The notes under the pieces: generated by a model
Databases searched by the model: none
The model's input: the letters and a program-made list of their open reading frames with translations, nothing else
What the model was told of the DNA's origin: nothing
Shown here: positions 24,701-38,308 of the stretch, in pieces
How positions within the stretch are numbered: position 1 is the stretch's first letter
Layout: every line of letters begins with the position of its first letter
Assembly: GCA_051362555.1 (NCBI GenBank)
Contig: CM120646.1
Span: 1,116,001-1,180,000, forward strand
Source of the DNA: Lingula anatina
Taxonomy: Eukaryota; Animalia; Brachiopoda
Length of the DNA stretch: 64,000 nucleotides
Reading direction: 5' to 3'
Translations under genes and position numbers: made by a program

Positions 24701-27242
24701 TCCTTTCCGATTGGTCTTCATCAATTACGACCATTATGAAGTTAGTGGTTTCGTTTTAAAGATAACTTGTCTGATACACTGCATTAAAGTAGTTAGTAAC
24801 TTTAGTGCTTTCATCTTTTTTGGGGCCACCGTTTCCTATTTTTTTTTTTTTTTTTTTTTTTTTGCACTACCATCATGTTTTGTAATCAAGGCCACATATG
24901 ATATTGCTTTCAGTGATTTTTCATTATTAAGTTTTATGTTTAATTCTATTGTTAGATCATTAAGCCTTTTACTCAGCTTTAGTTCATGGTAAATTAGTTT
25001 TGTTTTTTTTTTTTGAGTTGCCCCGCACGCTTACGTCCAAGTTCATGTTCTCCATCGAAATTCGCGATTATCAAATTTGATAAGGCTAATGGACTTAATT
25101 TACCCGAATTTCTTTCTGATTTTAAGAATTCGCGTGCTAAGGTTAAAAATCCTCAAATTTTATTTTGTATCTATTGCATAAAGCTTTTGGTGACGGCTAA
25201 TGATCAGTCTTATTGATCAGACTAATGGACTAATTTTCCGTAGCCCTTTTACGATTTCAAGAACTTGCATGCAAATGCTTCAAACGCTGTATTCATGTAT
25301 CAAGGTGTTGGCTAAATGTGTAGAGTGAGAGATTCCATTGATATATGAGACAAAAACAGATAGGTTTGTTTGCATTTACTTGATTAATATTCAACTGGGC
25401 CCTTTCGACAAATGAAATTAAGCCAAATGTGGCCTTTTAAGGCCATATGACCAGAGCTTTTAGCCTTTGTTTAAATCCGATTTAAAGAGAAACAACCTTT
25501 GTTCAGAAGGGGTTGGCCTTGAATTACCTTAATAAAACAGCTGTGGTTGTCTCATTTTCTGTTAGTCAATAAACCTGAGTAAATTATATTCTGGATCTCT
25601 AATAAAAGAAAAACCTTCTTTAGAGTTCTCATGTGTAAAACAAGTAGATAGCTATTAAAACTTTGACTTTGGTGAGAATAAACTTACGTGGCCATGTAGG
25701 AGCAGAGAACCGAAATAACTTCCTGTATGCTGTACTGGCAAAACTCATTTGTTTCATTTCAAGTTGTTTTGCGTGATGTTAGCCAACAACTAAAAGTTCA
25801 TCAAGGTTTAGAACCAGTAACATTAGCCAACAGATGTAAATATAGCATGTTCCCTTTATTTTCTGATAGTCAGTGGAAATGAGTGCGAAAAAAATTTTCA
25901 CGTAAACGAAAAATCATTTGGCGCCTTTCCTGAAGACCAGTGGCAAACATTCCAAAAATAATATTACGTGTTTCTTTGATCTCAGAGTAAAGGGTTTATT
26001 CATTAGCAGAATAAGAAAAAAGTGGAATTATAATTAAAGCTTATACTGAAGCGGAGTTGTCACCGAGTTCACGTTTTCTTTAACATTTTCAAATATTACC
26101 TTTTTTCTTATACTGAACCATTTAACATTTTCAAATATTACCTTTTTTCTAACACGGAACCACTACCAGCCTCTGACTTTCTCGTACTTGTTTTCTTTAT
26201 TTTTCAGTTTGAATTCAGGTAATATGATCTCATTCGGTTTCAAAACTGAGTTTAAAAATAGTAATTCTCTCTCCCCTGTATGTTTGAATCACTTCATTAA
26301 AACGCGGAGATTATATTTATATTTTGTATATTGTCAGATAATTACAACACCTTATGATTCAGACGTTCATCTGCGTTCACCTCTTTAATTTATTTCCACA
26401 ATTGGCGCCAAGTTTAATTCTAGAACGTTGATGAATGAATGATACATCACGTTAACCATTACCTCACCTGATATAACTTTATAAATAATAAAAACACCCT
26501 GATATTAAGATACACCTTTTGCGCTCTTTGACAACGTTGGTGCCATATTAATCCCCCCGCTTCCTCGGGGTGTGAAGAATAGACACGAGCAATAGAGTTT
26601 CTGGGATTTCAGTCTGGCGTGAGCTGTTTGTTTTAACGTGTGAGTAGCGTGCCGGGTTTCTCTGACCTTTAAAGAGAATGAGACGAACGGGCTATACACC
26701 AGCTAGACTGGCGATATAATTACTGGTCACATCATAAACTTCATGGTAATGGCACTGAAGTCTCGTAGACTGGCAGTTGCCGGGAAGAGGTTTGGATTGA
26801 ATAATGGAGGTAAAGAAGATAAGAGGTTATTCATTGCTGAAGCAAGGTTTGGTTTTATTTAAAGTACACGTGGCGGATGGAGTAGATAGGAAAGATGATT
26901 CCTTATGGTTTTGGCTGTTATGGAGTTTATAGTTTATATACACATTATCTTTTATTGATTCTCAATAAGCTGAATCAAGATTTGGATCTCTACAGAAGCA
27001 AGGTTTTGTTACACAAAGAATGAGCGTGTTTTGAATGTGTTAATTAATACGCCGTACATACGGTAATGATTTGTTCAGCTTATAATGTTTCATGTAAAAA
27101 TTGTTGGCCGTCTACGCTGCTTTTAATGGTGCTGTCTGTTTACATGAGATTAGAAAGAAAAAGAAATGAATTATTTGATATGGAAGATATCAGCATAAAC
27201 GGGTTAAAAAGTGAAGTTTTATTTATTTATTTTTTCCAGACA

Positions 27243-30200
27243 ATGAATTCTTTGACCCGGGTTTTAATTGTGGCAACACTTGTGATACTGTTGGGATTAT
27301 TTGGGCGATGTCGGCCACAGCACTGGAGACCACAGGGTCGCTTCGGCAAGAGAATGGACACACACAAAGTACAAACCTATTATCAAAAAGGTAAGGTACA
27401 TGTATTCAAGGAACGTGTGCATATCGGTAGTTACGCTAGGCCTGAAAAAACGCTAAACAACACCGTTTTGATTAATTCCATTATGATGACCCACTTCTAT
27501 AACAACGCTATGGTCAGATTTAAAAGAAAAGATAGAAAGACAGTTTAAGACAGTTAAAGAGCACGGGGTACCTTTGAATTTTTGATTCAATGAATTGCAA
27601 TTAAATATCTTAATGTTAAACTTAGAGCGCAATAGATTTCTTTTAAACCCGTACCGAACGTGGTTTGTTTTGTGGTCGGGACGGGTTTAAACAATGTTGT
27701 ACGTAGCATCTGCGGTAGATTCAAAAATTTTTTCATTGAATTCTGTTACATAATGACTATTTCGCGTGTTACCTTATCATGGGGAAATAAGTCGTGTTTG
27801 TTACTTAACAGCACTTGTTTTGTCGGGTACTTTAGACATAACATCGTGCTCAAGGACAGGACAGATCAGGCAGGAATCACTCTGGCACTATCCCAGCAGA
27901 ACCAAACAATTAAATGAAAGACAGTCTTGGTTTATTTCTTAATGTTCTGTACCATTTAATGAGGATGGAAATCTAGCCTTTAAAATGTTGCATCGTGCCT
28001 CCGGCGTGTGTGGGTGGAAAAATACTCACAACTTAAAATTGCAGCGCCAAAGGGGCACGACTGTGTCGAACTTTTATGTTCCAAAATGTCCCAAATACCC
28101 ATAGTTCAGTAATTACTGGTACCTGACAAACGGAATTCTTTACTTGGTATATTTTTTCTGAATGAGATTCAAATGACGGAGAAAAGGGGTCGGACTACAT
28201 CAATTCGTCATAGCAATTGGAAATCCTTCATCATCAAACGAATCACCAAACCACTAAAACCTAAACCAAGTTGGTCTTTCGTCACACTATTCTAAATACA
28301 CGTGAATCACGTGTGTGATACATAGAACATGAGAGCTAATAGGTGTCTGATCCCCAAAGCGACTTCCCAATTGCCTACCATCATCAGAACCAGAGCGAAC
28401 CACCAAGAAGGCAATGGGACGCAAATTAGCCTGTCAATCATACAATGGCCCGATAGACATATTCTCATTTGATACTTCATGCCTGTATTACCGATCTAAT
28501 TCAATGATCTCCAGCCACCCATGCTCGGCGTTAATGAATGCCGAACCCGCACCTGTGGTCCCAGCGTTTATGCGTGCCCGCTCCAGCGTGCGGCGGTGTT
28601 GACAATAGAGCAGTGAAATCTGGCCAAGCGTATGATGACATCCATACACCGGCTGCGTCAGGTCGGGAAATGTGTTTCCTACTTCCAATATACATCCTTA
28701 ATTAAATCTCTGGTTTCGATTTAATTTGCTTTAGCGTTAAACGGATAGCCTTTTACTTCATAGATATCGAGTCTCAGGGGACTGCGCTAATAGCGCGCTG
28801 ATGACTGGACGGGGTCCCGGGGGAGGAACAATAAATAGCAGGAGATTTACCCGAGTTATACGTGAAAGTTGATATTTACGAAATATGCTTTGACAAGTTT
28901 TCACTATGGTCCACGGGGAACCTCCTCAGAAGTCGTAGGCAGCTCAACCAAAACCAAAGTATATTTTTACCTGATATTATTCTAACCTGAAAATAAGGTT
29001 GGTGCACAAAAAATTGATCACCACACCTTGGGCATAATTGGCGTACTGCTTTGATTTCCAACTTATAAAGACACGCGATAGTGAAAAGCGAGGGTAATAC
29101 CCTTTCGGGGCTTTCCTTGAATAGCGCGACGTCAGGTTGCCATGAAGGTAATCTACCGGCATTGAAGAAGCGGCCTCCACGGAGTCGCTTTCACTATTAC
29201 CCCGCGTGGTTTTTACAAATAGAAGGAAGCCATTGTTGTTCTGAAACAAGGATCTGAAATGACTCAATGTCCAGGGAATATACAGACAACGTTATTGTAG
29301 TGAGCACGATGATGCGTTGCCCTGGAATTCTTAGTGCACACAAACAAACCAGTAATCAGTTTAGATATCACATCAAAAGTTGATCGGCGATTGTAGAATC
29401 GGTCGTTAGAACTTCAAAAGAAATCAGCTGTCCATGCGAGCTTCATCTGTTGAGCAAATTCCGATCCTGTCTTTTGTGTGTCCCTGACTGCTCTACAACC
29501 TTCAGGCGTCTTTCTTTAACCAATTCTCTGCTACTGAGCGTCATAAAAGAGATATAGCCGTTGATAGTATTGCCATCCATATATTAAAAGTTTGAATAGA
29601 AAGATATTTAAGTAAAGTATAATTTCACGCTAACAAATATAGATGAGAGAGAGAGAGAGAGAGGGAAAAAATTGAGAGAAAATGTAGAGGACGATACAAT
29701 GGCCCTAAGAGAAGAGATTGGAGAGCAGCCCACTACCGAAAGCAGGAACATATGGCGGCTCTATTCCCCAGCCACATACAGTGATAAACAACATGCCTTT
29801 TTCGTACGTCACTTTATTCTCTAAAGATATTTTTCAATTCATTTGTTTCAGAAACCACAGATGGTGCTAAAGATCTCTACGGTGCGCTGTTATAACATAA
29901 ATACTGCAGCAATTCAAAATTATCTTTCTTGTGTGAAAACAAAATTTATGCTTTTTTATTATTTTTGCAAAAGATATGTCGTACTTCATTCGTTGCGTAT
30001 CATAGAAGACTCTAGGGTAAAATGAGATCTCCGCAGGTTGGCAAAAACCTTATTAGAAGCATCGTTCTTCTCCTGCACTAATAATCATTATGTCACTGTC
30101 GTATCCTGATCCGTGCTGAGACAAGGCGTGGCAATATTCCCCCCTCTCTTTTCACTGCAGGAAATTATTTAGGACATTTTGCAACACTACTATGGGTCTC

Positions 30201-32506
30201 ATGGCCTGCCATGGGGGTGGTAGATTTGCCATTTTGTTTTGAAAATCAAAATTGTGATAAAATGCGTTGACCAATGGAAGATATATAAGCCTATCTACTG
30301 CCGACCACAACTGCACAAAGCAGGATTACTGTTAGCAGATGAAAACTGTGTATGGTCTAGGTCTTATCCACGAAAAAAGTATCTGTATTGTGCAACGGAT
30401 GATGAATGTGATGCCTATTTCCAAAGAGCTGCAAAAAATGTCTTCCGGCAGCTCGCGATATAGTGATTTATAGTATTTTTCACATAACTATAAATATATA
30501 TGAGAAATACGTTCTATAATACGTATGAGAAATAGATGTTGGATGACCAGACATCGCTGTCAGATTAACTCATTTTCAACCATTGATTTCCCTGTTCAGT
30601 TTTTGGCAGGTTCAATTTATTTCTCGGTCGTTAGGGTTGCCAACTTCTGAAATACCCTAAATGTATATGTCTTTTAATCTACTATGGGACTTACAATTCA
30701 GTCTAATTTACGATGTTGCATCTTCCTTTCGAAAACTGCAGTCGGTTTACTGAGGATTCACATCGAATTGTTCTCAGTCTCGATGCATATAGGTGTCTAA
30801 ATTGAAAGTCCAGTAATAAATTTAAGAACTTTATTTACGTACAAAATTACTACTAGATGACTGACCTACAAGCATGTAGTTTAGAAGTACTGGGTATGGT
30901 TTGTTGTAAATACCAAAATAGACTCTGAAAATGGAGAATGTCCGAATTCAAAATGCGTACAATACCGCCAACGAGAGCCATTTCTTTTGAGTATTATGAA
31001 ATGAGCAAATCTGACCAGATTAGAATAGCTATAATTCCAATTGCTTGTAGTATTGGTGAGGATCTGAAACATCCCGCAGGACCATTGTCGTTTATATCTC
31101 GAAACGAACCATATTATGAACACACCACAGTGGATTTTGCGGGATGTAATTGATACGTCCCCCTGGTAAGCTGTACCGTTCTTAATCTGATCAGGAAACA
31201 TATTTGAAAAAAAAGACTCCTGTTTGAATTTATGCTGCATGCATGCGTACACATGTATATTTGCATGCATTGCCGTAGAGCGGTGTAAAATGTTGGCTTA
31301 ATTTCCATAGCTTTATGCAAATTTGATATTAATACTGATATTATAATATTCATAAAGGATTTTACTACGTCTTTTTTGGCGAATTGAAGGGATTGGTTCT
31401 GATGTTATATTTTCAGCAGTATCACTCTCCGATTTTTGCTAAAAAACGAACCAAAAATATTGCGTGTAAAAAACATCATTTAGATAAAATTTGAGAGGGA
31501 GATTTTTCAAATAAATGCATGTTGATTATTGAAAGAAGAATCGGCGTGCGGCCAATTGTCCAGCTCAGTGTAAAACTGGACCTCGGAAAGTACGGAGTGG
31601 ATTACGACGCCTTCTATATAGATGGTAACTGATGAATGTTGACGTAATTGTGGGTTATTTATATTTAAAATGGCAATTCACTTTCAGCGAATTATAGTAA
31701 TAAATTGCCCCCGTGTCTGTTCCACAAAAGGCAATGACTAAGTCACAAATGATAAAATTCCAGGGCATCTCGACCTTTCCTTATTTTCTAGAACTATTTC
31801 GATCAAGCCGACTGCAGTATAAAAAACAGTTGTGGCTTGCGAGTGGTATAAATCTTAAACACAGAACCGTTTCAGTATATAAGAATATTTGCTGGCATAG
31901 TGATGATAGAAGGCACTCTTGAATACATTGCATAACAGGCCTTATAAAACGGATTGGGCGTTTACTAGCACTACCCGCGTGGGTTTTATGGTCAATATGG
32001 GTGTTAGTGCTAAAAGATCTGCGGGTAGTGTTAGTAAACGCCTAATCCATTTAAAAAGCCTGTATAACTGCCCGAAAATTAAATGTTTTCCATATGGTAT
32101 TAATTTAGTATCTTTTATTTTCTTTCTAGTTTTGCCAGCCAGTCAACCATCGAGATATCCCGCGTCTTTTACGGACTCGTCGGGGGACGGTGACGACCCT
32201 CCTATCCTGCTGATCGGTGAGGGGACGCTGTGTTTGAAAGTTGACATGGAGGGAAATTATAGATGCATCAGGTGCGTTGACGTAATTAAAATCGTTCCAG
32301 GTAACACTGCATCGTGTAATGTTAAAATATATGGACACACAACTTTTTCACATATGTACCCTCTTTGAAACAAAAAAGGCAAAATTTTTCTAACATGAAA
32401 TTGACTCTTTGAAGTGAAACGTTTTTGATATGCAATAAAACATGTTTCTTTTTCTCTTTGTTTTAGTACGAAACGCAGAATGAGGAATTATTACAGGACA
32501 CACTAA
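27243..32506 (+). CDS. luqin: Luqin (RYamide/luqin-type, cardioexcitatory peptide) neuropeptide precursor
   Basis: Coding exons 27243-27390, 32130-32271 and 32467-32506 join in frame to give MNSLTRVLIVATLVILLGLFGRCRP-QHWRPQGRF-GKR-MDTHKVQTYYQKVLPASQPSRYPASFTDSSGDGDDPPILLIGEGTLCLKVDMEGNYRCISTKRRMRNYYRTH*. WRPQGRFamide directly after the signal peptide, plus the C-terminal C-x10-C pair, is diagnostic of luqin precursors. A possible upstream exon ending at 26745 (catg|gtaat) would add an in-frame M-T. Confidence 0.95.
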
Positions 32507-33591
32507 CACTGACGCCACGTTGTTACTATCGTCACAGATTCATTGACGTCATTCTTACGAATGAATGAAAACTCTCTACAATAGAGATGATTTCCCAGTC
32601 TATTAATTGGTCCAAAAACTATACGTACACTTAAAAAGAAGTTAATTCCCAATCTTCAGTAAGAGCAGTAACAGCGATAACATTTATGCTTAATGACTTA
32701 GCGTAAATGGTGACTGTTGAGACGCATCTTCAGAGAGCTAAGACTACATATTATTACTATTATTATTTCTATTACTCGAGAAGAGCCGAGAACTTTAAGG
32801 GTAGAAGAATATTATTATGATTTTAAATAATTAAATCCGACGCAGAAGAAGTCGATTTTCATTGAACATGGTTGACCTTCTATGGCTTTACTTTATTTAT
32901 TAAGTTATGTATGTTCCCTTTCCTAAAGCTTAAATATGTAATTGCAGTACTTTGACACGGTCTCCGCAAAAGCTGAAAAAAATTCCCAGTCACGTGTCTA
33001 CCCGTGATTTTATTCTAAGCATATTGGCATTGGCCTTTCAGTTCAAGTATTAAAATTGTTTATCTCCTCTTACAGACTTTTCTGCATGCTTGTGGTTCTC
33101 TATGTTGACTTCTAAGATGTCTTAACATCAGTCTTGTTCTCATATCAGTCTGCTCAGACTAGAGCTATCTTGAAGCGAAAATAAACCCAAAACGCGCAAT
33201 CCGACCAGTGGATTCATAACCCAAGGTACAGAACACTTACGGCAGTAAACTCTCTCCATTCTGCGAGGGCGGATTACAAATAGACGATACGACTCCAGAC
33301 ACTTCAATTTCTGATGAATTGATCACGGCTTTCACCAGTTTTAAGTTGGATTCCTCTTATTACCACCCTGAACTTCAAATCATCCTTTAAATACTAGTAG
33401 GCCTGTCTACGTATTTCACGTTTTCTGTTATCGTTAGGTATCTACCAGACAAGCGTTTTTCGTTAACCTCAAACCTGCAAAGGTACTGGTAATAGAGGTG
33501 AACATCACAGTGTAACGCTGACATACATTAAATGCCGAGGGAAATCTCTGCTTTAACCAGAATAGAGTGATAATTGAATTAAAGCTTTCAT

Positions 33592-33759
33592 CAGGCCCGT
33601 AGCCAGCAATTTCAAAAGGGGGGGTTCTTTTTCTGAAAAAGTGGACCTTTTCCCATAAAAACTTCATGTACCTAGATCAAATTTTACTCAGAGTGGACCT
33701 TTTCCCAGCTAAAGGGGCGGTTCTTTCGAACCCCACGAACCCCCCTGGCTACGGGCCTG
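33592..33759 (+). mobile_element. Non-autonomous hAT5-like element (family B), 5-bp TSD
   Basis: Perfect TIR caggcccgtagccag...ctggctacgggcctg, flanked by TTCAT/TTCAT. Confidence 0.9.
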
Positions 33760-34172
33760 TTCATACTAGTTATTTCGACCGTGGTTGCCGCCTAACCGCG
33801 GCTCTTCCGGAATTAATTGAGTGGATGGCACGTAAGTCCGGCATACCTTTGAACTCACACCTTCATTGCATAGCAGTGAATTTGGAAGGTTCAATCTGAA
33901 ATTAAGCAATGTGTAATTGAGGAAATTGTGAGTAGTAAAATCAGTCCTATTTTCGGCCATGAATAATGACCAAAAACCTGGACTTACGAAGCGAGTGTCA
34001 CTTAACAATTACGCGATAAAGAGCACTTGATTACTATCTAATACCTTCGTAAATTGATTCAGAACACACAGACCTGAGACCTTTCCCAAGGCAAATGACC
34101 GTATGACAAAAGGTCGAGTCACTTGTCCATCCAGGCCATTTAAAAGTCCATCAGTTGCTATTGTGCATGTAA

Positions 34173-34401
34173 GGGACCATTCCCATTACCCTAGATCTAG
34201 CTTACTAGCAGGATCGATCTATCTCCGAGGGGATTCTCGCTAAATTGCATTCAGTTATAGCGTGCATGAAAGTTAATTACCCCCTCCCCCCTTCAATGGG
34301 CGTGCCAGACATTTAATCTGATTAAACTGAATGCAGTTAACAAGAATCCCCTTAGAGTTAGATCGATCCAGCTAGTTCGGTAGGTTTATCGGAACCCAGC
34401 C
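34173..34401 (+). mobile_element. Palindromic MITE family A (PIF/Harbinger-like)
   Basis: gggaccattccca...ggaacccagcc flanked by TAA/TAA. Confidence 0.8.
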
Positions 34402-35805
34402 TAAGTTCCAGTATCTGAGTATTATACATTCATGTAGTTCTCAATACCTCCTTTATTTATGTGGATATTATGTTCTGAAATTTGTGGTATTAAAGTTGAG
34501 ATCAACTTTATAATTAAAGTGCTTTTGTGAAACGAGAACCAGATGACGGTGATGACCATAGATTGCCTTAAACGAGAAAAAAAACCCCTGAAACTCAATG
34601 TGGATATAAAGGAAAAAACAAGATCGAAGGAGAAAAAAATTATTGTACTTTTATACTGATAGTAAATTGTGTATGTATTCTGGCTTAACCCTTATGCGAG
34701 TAGAATATAACATGGGCAAAATTGCCATTTAGATCTAAGAAATGTGCTTTCTTGGTCACGCTTTTTGTTGGCATAAAAGTGGAACATTGTGTTTTATACT
34801 ACGATTGCGGTTAATGACTGGTCGCCGTCTTGTTGTGTTAGGTGAGACGAGGTTGTTCAGGCGATTGCTACATGTCAAGCACAATGGCCCAGTTTCAACC
34901 ATAGCTGGAAAGCGTTATCCTTTGGACAACACTGACCATTGGATAAAGTTGTTATCATCTGGATTGCTTTCTCAGGATAAAGTGGTGTTTTACAAAGGCT
35001 AAGTAAATACTGTGTTTACTGTCCAGTGGAGAAGAAATTTATCCAAAACCATACATGGAAAGTATTGTTCCCAAAAAACATTATTGGTTATTAATACGAT
35101 ATATCAGGATACCAGGACTCGGTTAAAATAACTGACGCCTTTCTTCCTGAATAACTAACGATACATATCATCCCTAAACAACGGTCATCCCACTCCAGGA
35201 AAATGAATTTTCTGTTGAATACAAGCCATTTTATATCAAAGCATTCAGTAATATTTTTTCCACTTAGCACAGTATTTTTGTCACAACCGCTATTATTACT
35301 ATTATTTTTCTTTTTTTCCTCTGGGGATGTTTTAATCAGTTTATCGGAAAAGTAGTGAAAAAAAGGCGTCTATTTATCAATTAAGAGTGGGGACTGCAGA
35401 ATATGTTACTAATTATTAGTTATTTTTTATTAGCTTCACTTATTACTCCGATAATTTATAATAATAATAATAATGATAATAATAATAATAATAATAATAT
35501 TTATTCAGCCAAATGAAACGTTTATATGAAATATTTACAATACAAATTAAACAAAAAAGGTCAATGTAGTTGCTTTATAAAGCATTGGCTGCAGATAGAA
35601 AAAGAATTCATAATTATTCTGATAATGATGTAACTTGTTACGTAGATTTTATATAAACAGTAATACCATTTTCCAGTCTTTCTGATCTTATGGCGTAATA
35701 TCACTGCGGAAATGCATAAGACATAAGAACTTCAGTAGGGGGGCCTATATAAAAAAACACACTTTATTTTACTTATAAAAATAATTCGATTCAGTTTACA
35801 TCGCT

Positions 35806-38308
35806 TTATTTCTCCAAGTCCCCTACGTTACCAATCGAATTGTTGTCCTCTGTTGCTGTGGAATCAAAATCCTCATTATCCTCGTTTGGGGCGAAGACAA
35901 ACTTTTCCAAGTCGGCGTCGGACGGGATTTGCATTTCCGGCGGGTCGTAGCCCCGGATGTAGCGGCACTTCCGGACCTCGTCCCACACATAGTCAGTGTC
36001 AGTCATGTCGTCACAGTCCAGAAACAGAGGCTGGCGTTCCTTGGTCGCGTTTCCATCAACCAGTGAACCGACGCTGCTGTCTCTCCTGTGAGGTGTTGGG
36101 CGAGTGGAGTGAGTGCCGGAAGGCGGGGTTGGGTTCCGCTGTCGCGCAGAGCCACTTTGAAAAGACGCTGATGAGACTGCCCGTGCCTCTAAACCAGCAG
36201 CCTCCTCAGGCATTTCATCTACCCACCTTTGGACCTTGTCAAGTCGAAATGAGACACGTTTTGTTGGTTTCACTTCCGGTTTCACTTTCGCTTCATCCGG
36301 GTCGTTGATACAGATGTCACTTTCGTAATCGACACCATCCTTTTTTTCAAGTGGAGAATGTTTTGCATTGTTTTTTTCTAATGATAACTTTGTAGGTGAA
36401 TTGTCTGTGTCAGTGTCTGTATTCCCTTGGGGAACAAAGACGTGGACAAACGTGCGCTTTGATTGGCGTGCTTTTATTGGACGTGTGTCTGATTCCGTTT
36501 TTGGAACTTCGCATACCTCGTCGTCAGAATTACACGGTGAACTGTGAGGAAGCGACTTTCGCCTATTTCTCTGTGAAATTCTCCCTTTTGGAAGATCAAT
36601 TTCATCCACTGACAAGCGTCGTGTTCTCTTCTCTGATTGTGTTCTGTTGTATCCATCGCTCAAAGAACTAATCGAGGTGAATGACGTCATAGGAGGCGGT
36701 TCTTCCAGCGAATGCGCAGATTCAGCAGCATGACGTGTCTTAAGAAGATAATTCTGTATAGATGGCGCGCCAAGCATTTCTTTCGGACAGCTGATGTCAG
36801 TGGCGTTTTTTATAGGAAGTGAAAATGACTGCGCCCGTTCTCTCTCTTTTGTCTTAATGCGAACAGAACTTTCAATGGTGTTCATGGACTTTAAGAATTC
36901 AGCCTGTCGTATTTTACGCTGTTCCTCCTTCTGTCGTAAATCTGTGATGAGTCTCTGGTAACTAAGCAGGTTGACGCGCGCACGTGCTGACGCCTCGCGC
37001 TGTCGCAGCTCGCGGTAGGAAGGCCGGTGGTATCTCGCGCTTAGGTTTCCCACAATGCTCTGCGACACCACACTGCCCTCTGGTGGTGGTATTCCTTGCT
37101 CATAATCCAAGGTGCTCTGAGATACGGAGTGCGGTCGCTCATCTGGAAAAGAGAAGGAGAGATGAGGGATCGCTTTCTCCAAAAATATCAGGGTCATTTT
37201 TTCTTAATATTTTTTAACTAAATGTCACTTTCAGAACAGTGGTTTAAAACGACTCAAACACTTAAGGCTCATCCCCAATGAAACTATCGTTCTAAATAGA
37301 TCGATCCACACCCGGTGGGGCGATTTCTCACCAGAGTGCTGAGTAGCGCACATTCCTGTCTATGGGCTGACTTTGGACCCTCTTTGCGGGGGAGGGTGGC
37401 ATAGATGATCACTCACAGAAATATTATAGACTGGGTTCCCATGCCTAGATCGATCCGACAGGATCGGTCTTACTCTACGGGGATTCACGCTAAATTGCTA
37501 TCAACTTAAGCGGCTTAAATGTGTGTCACGCCTTTCGAATCAGCTAGGGGGTAATTAACTTTCATGCATGCTCGGCCTCCGGTAGTTAATTACCCCCTAC
37601 CAGCTTCAATGGGCGTGCCAGACATCTATGCCGCTTAAGTTAATTGCAATTAAGTGAGAATCCCCTTGGAAATAGTTCGATCCAAAGTTAGTACGATAGG
37701 GTCTGGGAATGGTCTCATATACTCTACATTAAAACTGGTAGTGATTTGGACTAATTTCTCTGACTTACATATTATGTTTCATTTGCTACGTGCTATTCTG
37801 TGGTAGAAACCATACTCTAGATTGGAAAATAGTACATATTTTATTAGGAATGACACACACAAAAGAAAGAAAAGGAGAAATAGAAAAAGAGAGAGGGACG
37901 GGCGCACGCAAAATCTCCACCTTCTACTTTATATAAAGCGTGCTCTGATTTTAGGCTAAAAGTAATTGATTGGAAATTACTTGAAAATCGTGTCATGATA
38001 TGTCAATTGAAGAAAAAATTATCTGTGATATATTTCGAAACGATTACGATTACGCTACCTTCAGAAAAATGTTCATTCTCCGTCTCAGTTGTACGCGGTC
38101 GTTTTTTCGTCCGGCTCAGGTTTAACAACGCAAGGCGAAGTTCGTCGGTTTCTCGGTCTAATTTCACTTTGACTCTTATTCGATCAAGTTCTATGGCCTT
38201 GAGTCGCTTCTCTAAGGATCTCCCAGGACATACTTGTTCTGCTTTCAAATTGATCAATCTGTCGTCTGCGAATTTTCGCCGATTGCAAATGATTTCAGGA
38301 AGATTCAT
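35806..38308 (-). CDS. Uncharacterised protein of about 528 aa: N-terminal coiled coil, long S/R/P-rich disordered middle, C-terminal WDEVRKCRYIRGY motif (CCDC190-like architecture)
   Basis: Exon 38059-38308 (ATG in acaATGA context with an in-frame stop upstream; donor GAAG|gtagcg) joins exon 35806-37142 (acceptor ttttccag) in phase 1. Long uninterrupted frame, GC-richer than the flanks. Confidence 0.85.
37429..37716 (-). mobile_element. Palindromic MITE family A, intronic
   Basis: gactgggttccc...tgggaatggtctc flanked by ATA/ATA; reverse orientation of the 15637 copy. Confidence 0.8.

Noticed and set aside
26079-26162. 42-bp imperfect tandem duplication
   Set aside because: A simple local duplication with no further structure.
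30239-31353. Several 70-130 aa ORFs in the luqin intron
   Set aside because: No coherent splice chain or protein motif in any frame; possibly decayed repeat sequence.
33050-33400. Weak resemblance to a LINE endonuclease segment (DTSISDELITAFTSFKLD)
   Set aside because: Too short and degenerate to support a call.
35853-37217. Plus-strand ORFs overlapping the 463-aa exon
   Set aside because: They are antisense shadows of a GC-rich coding exon.
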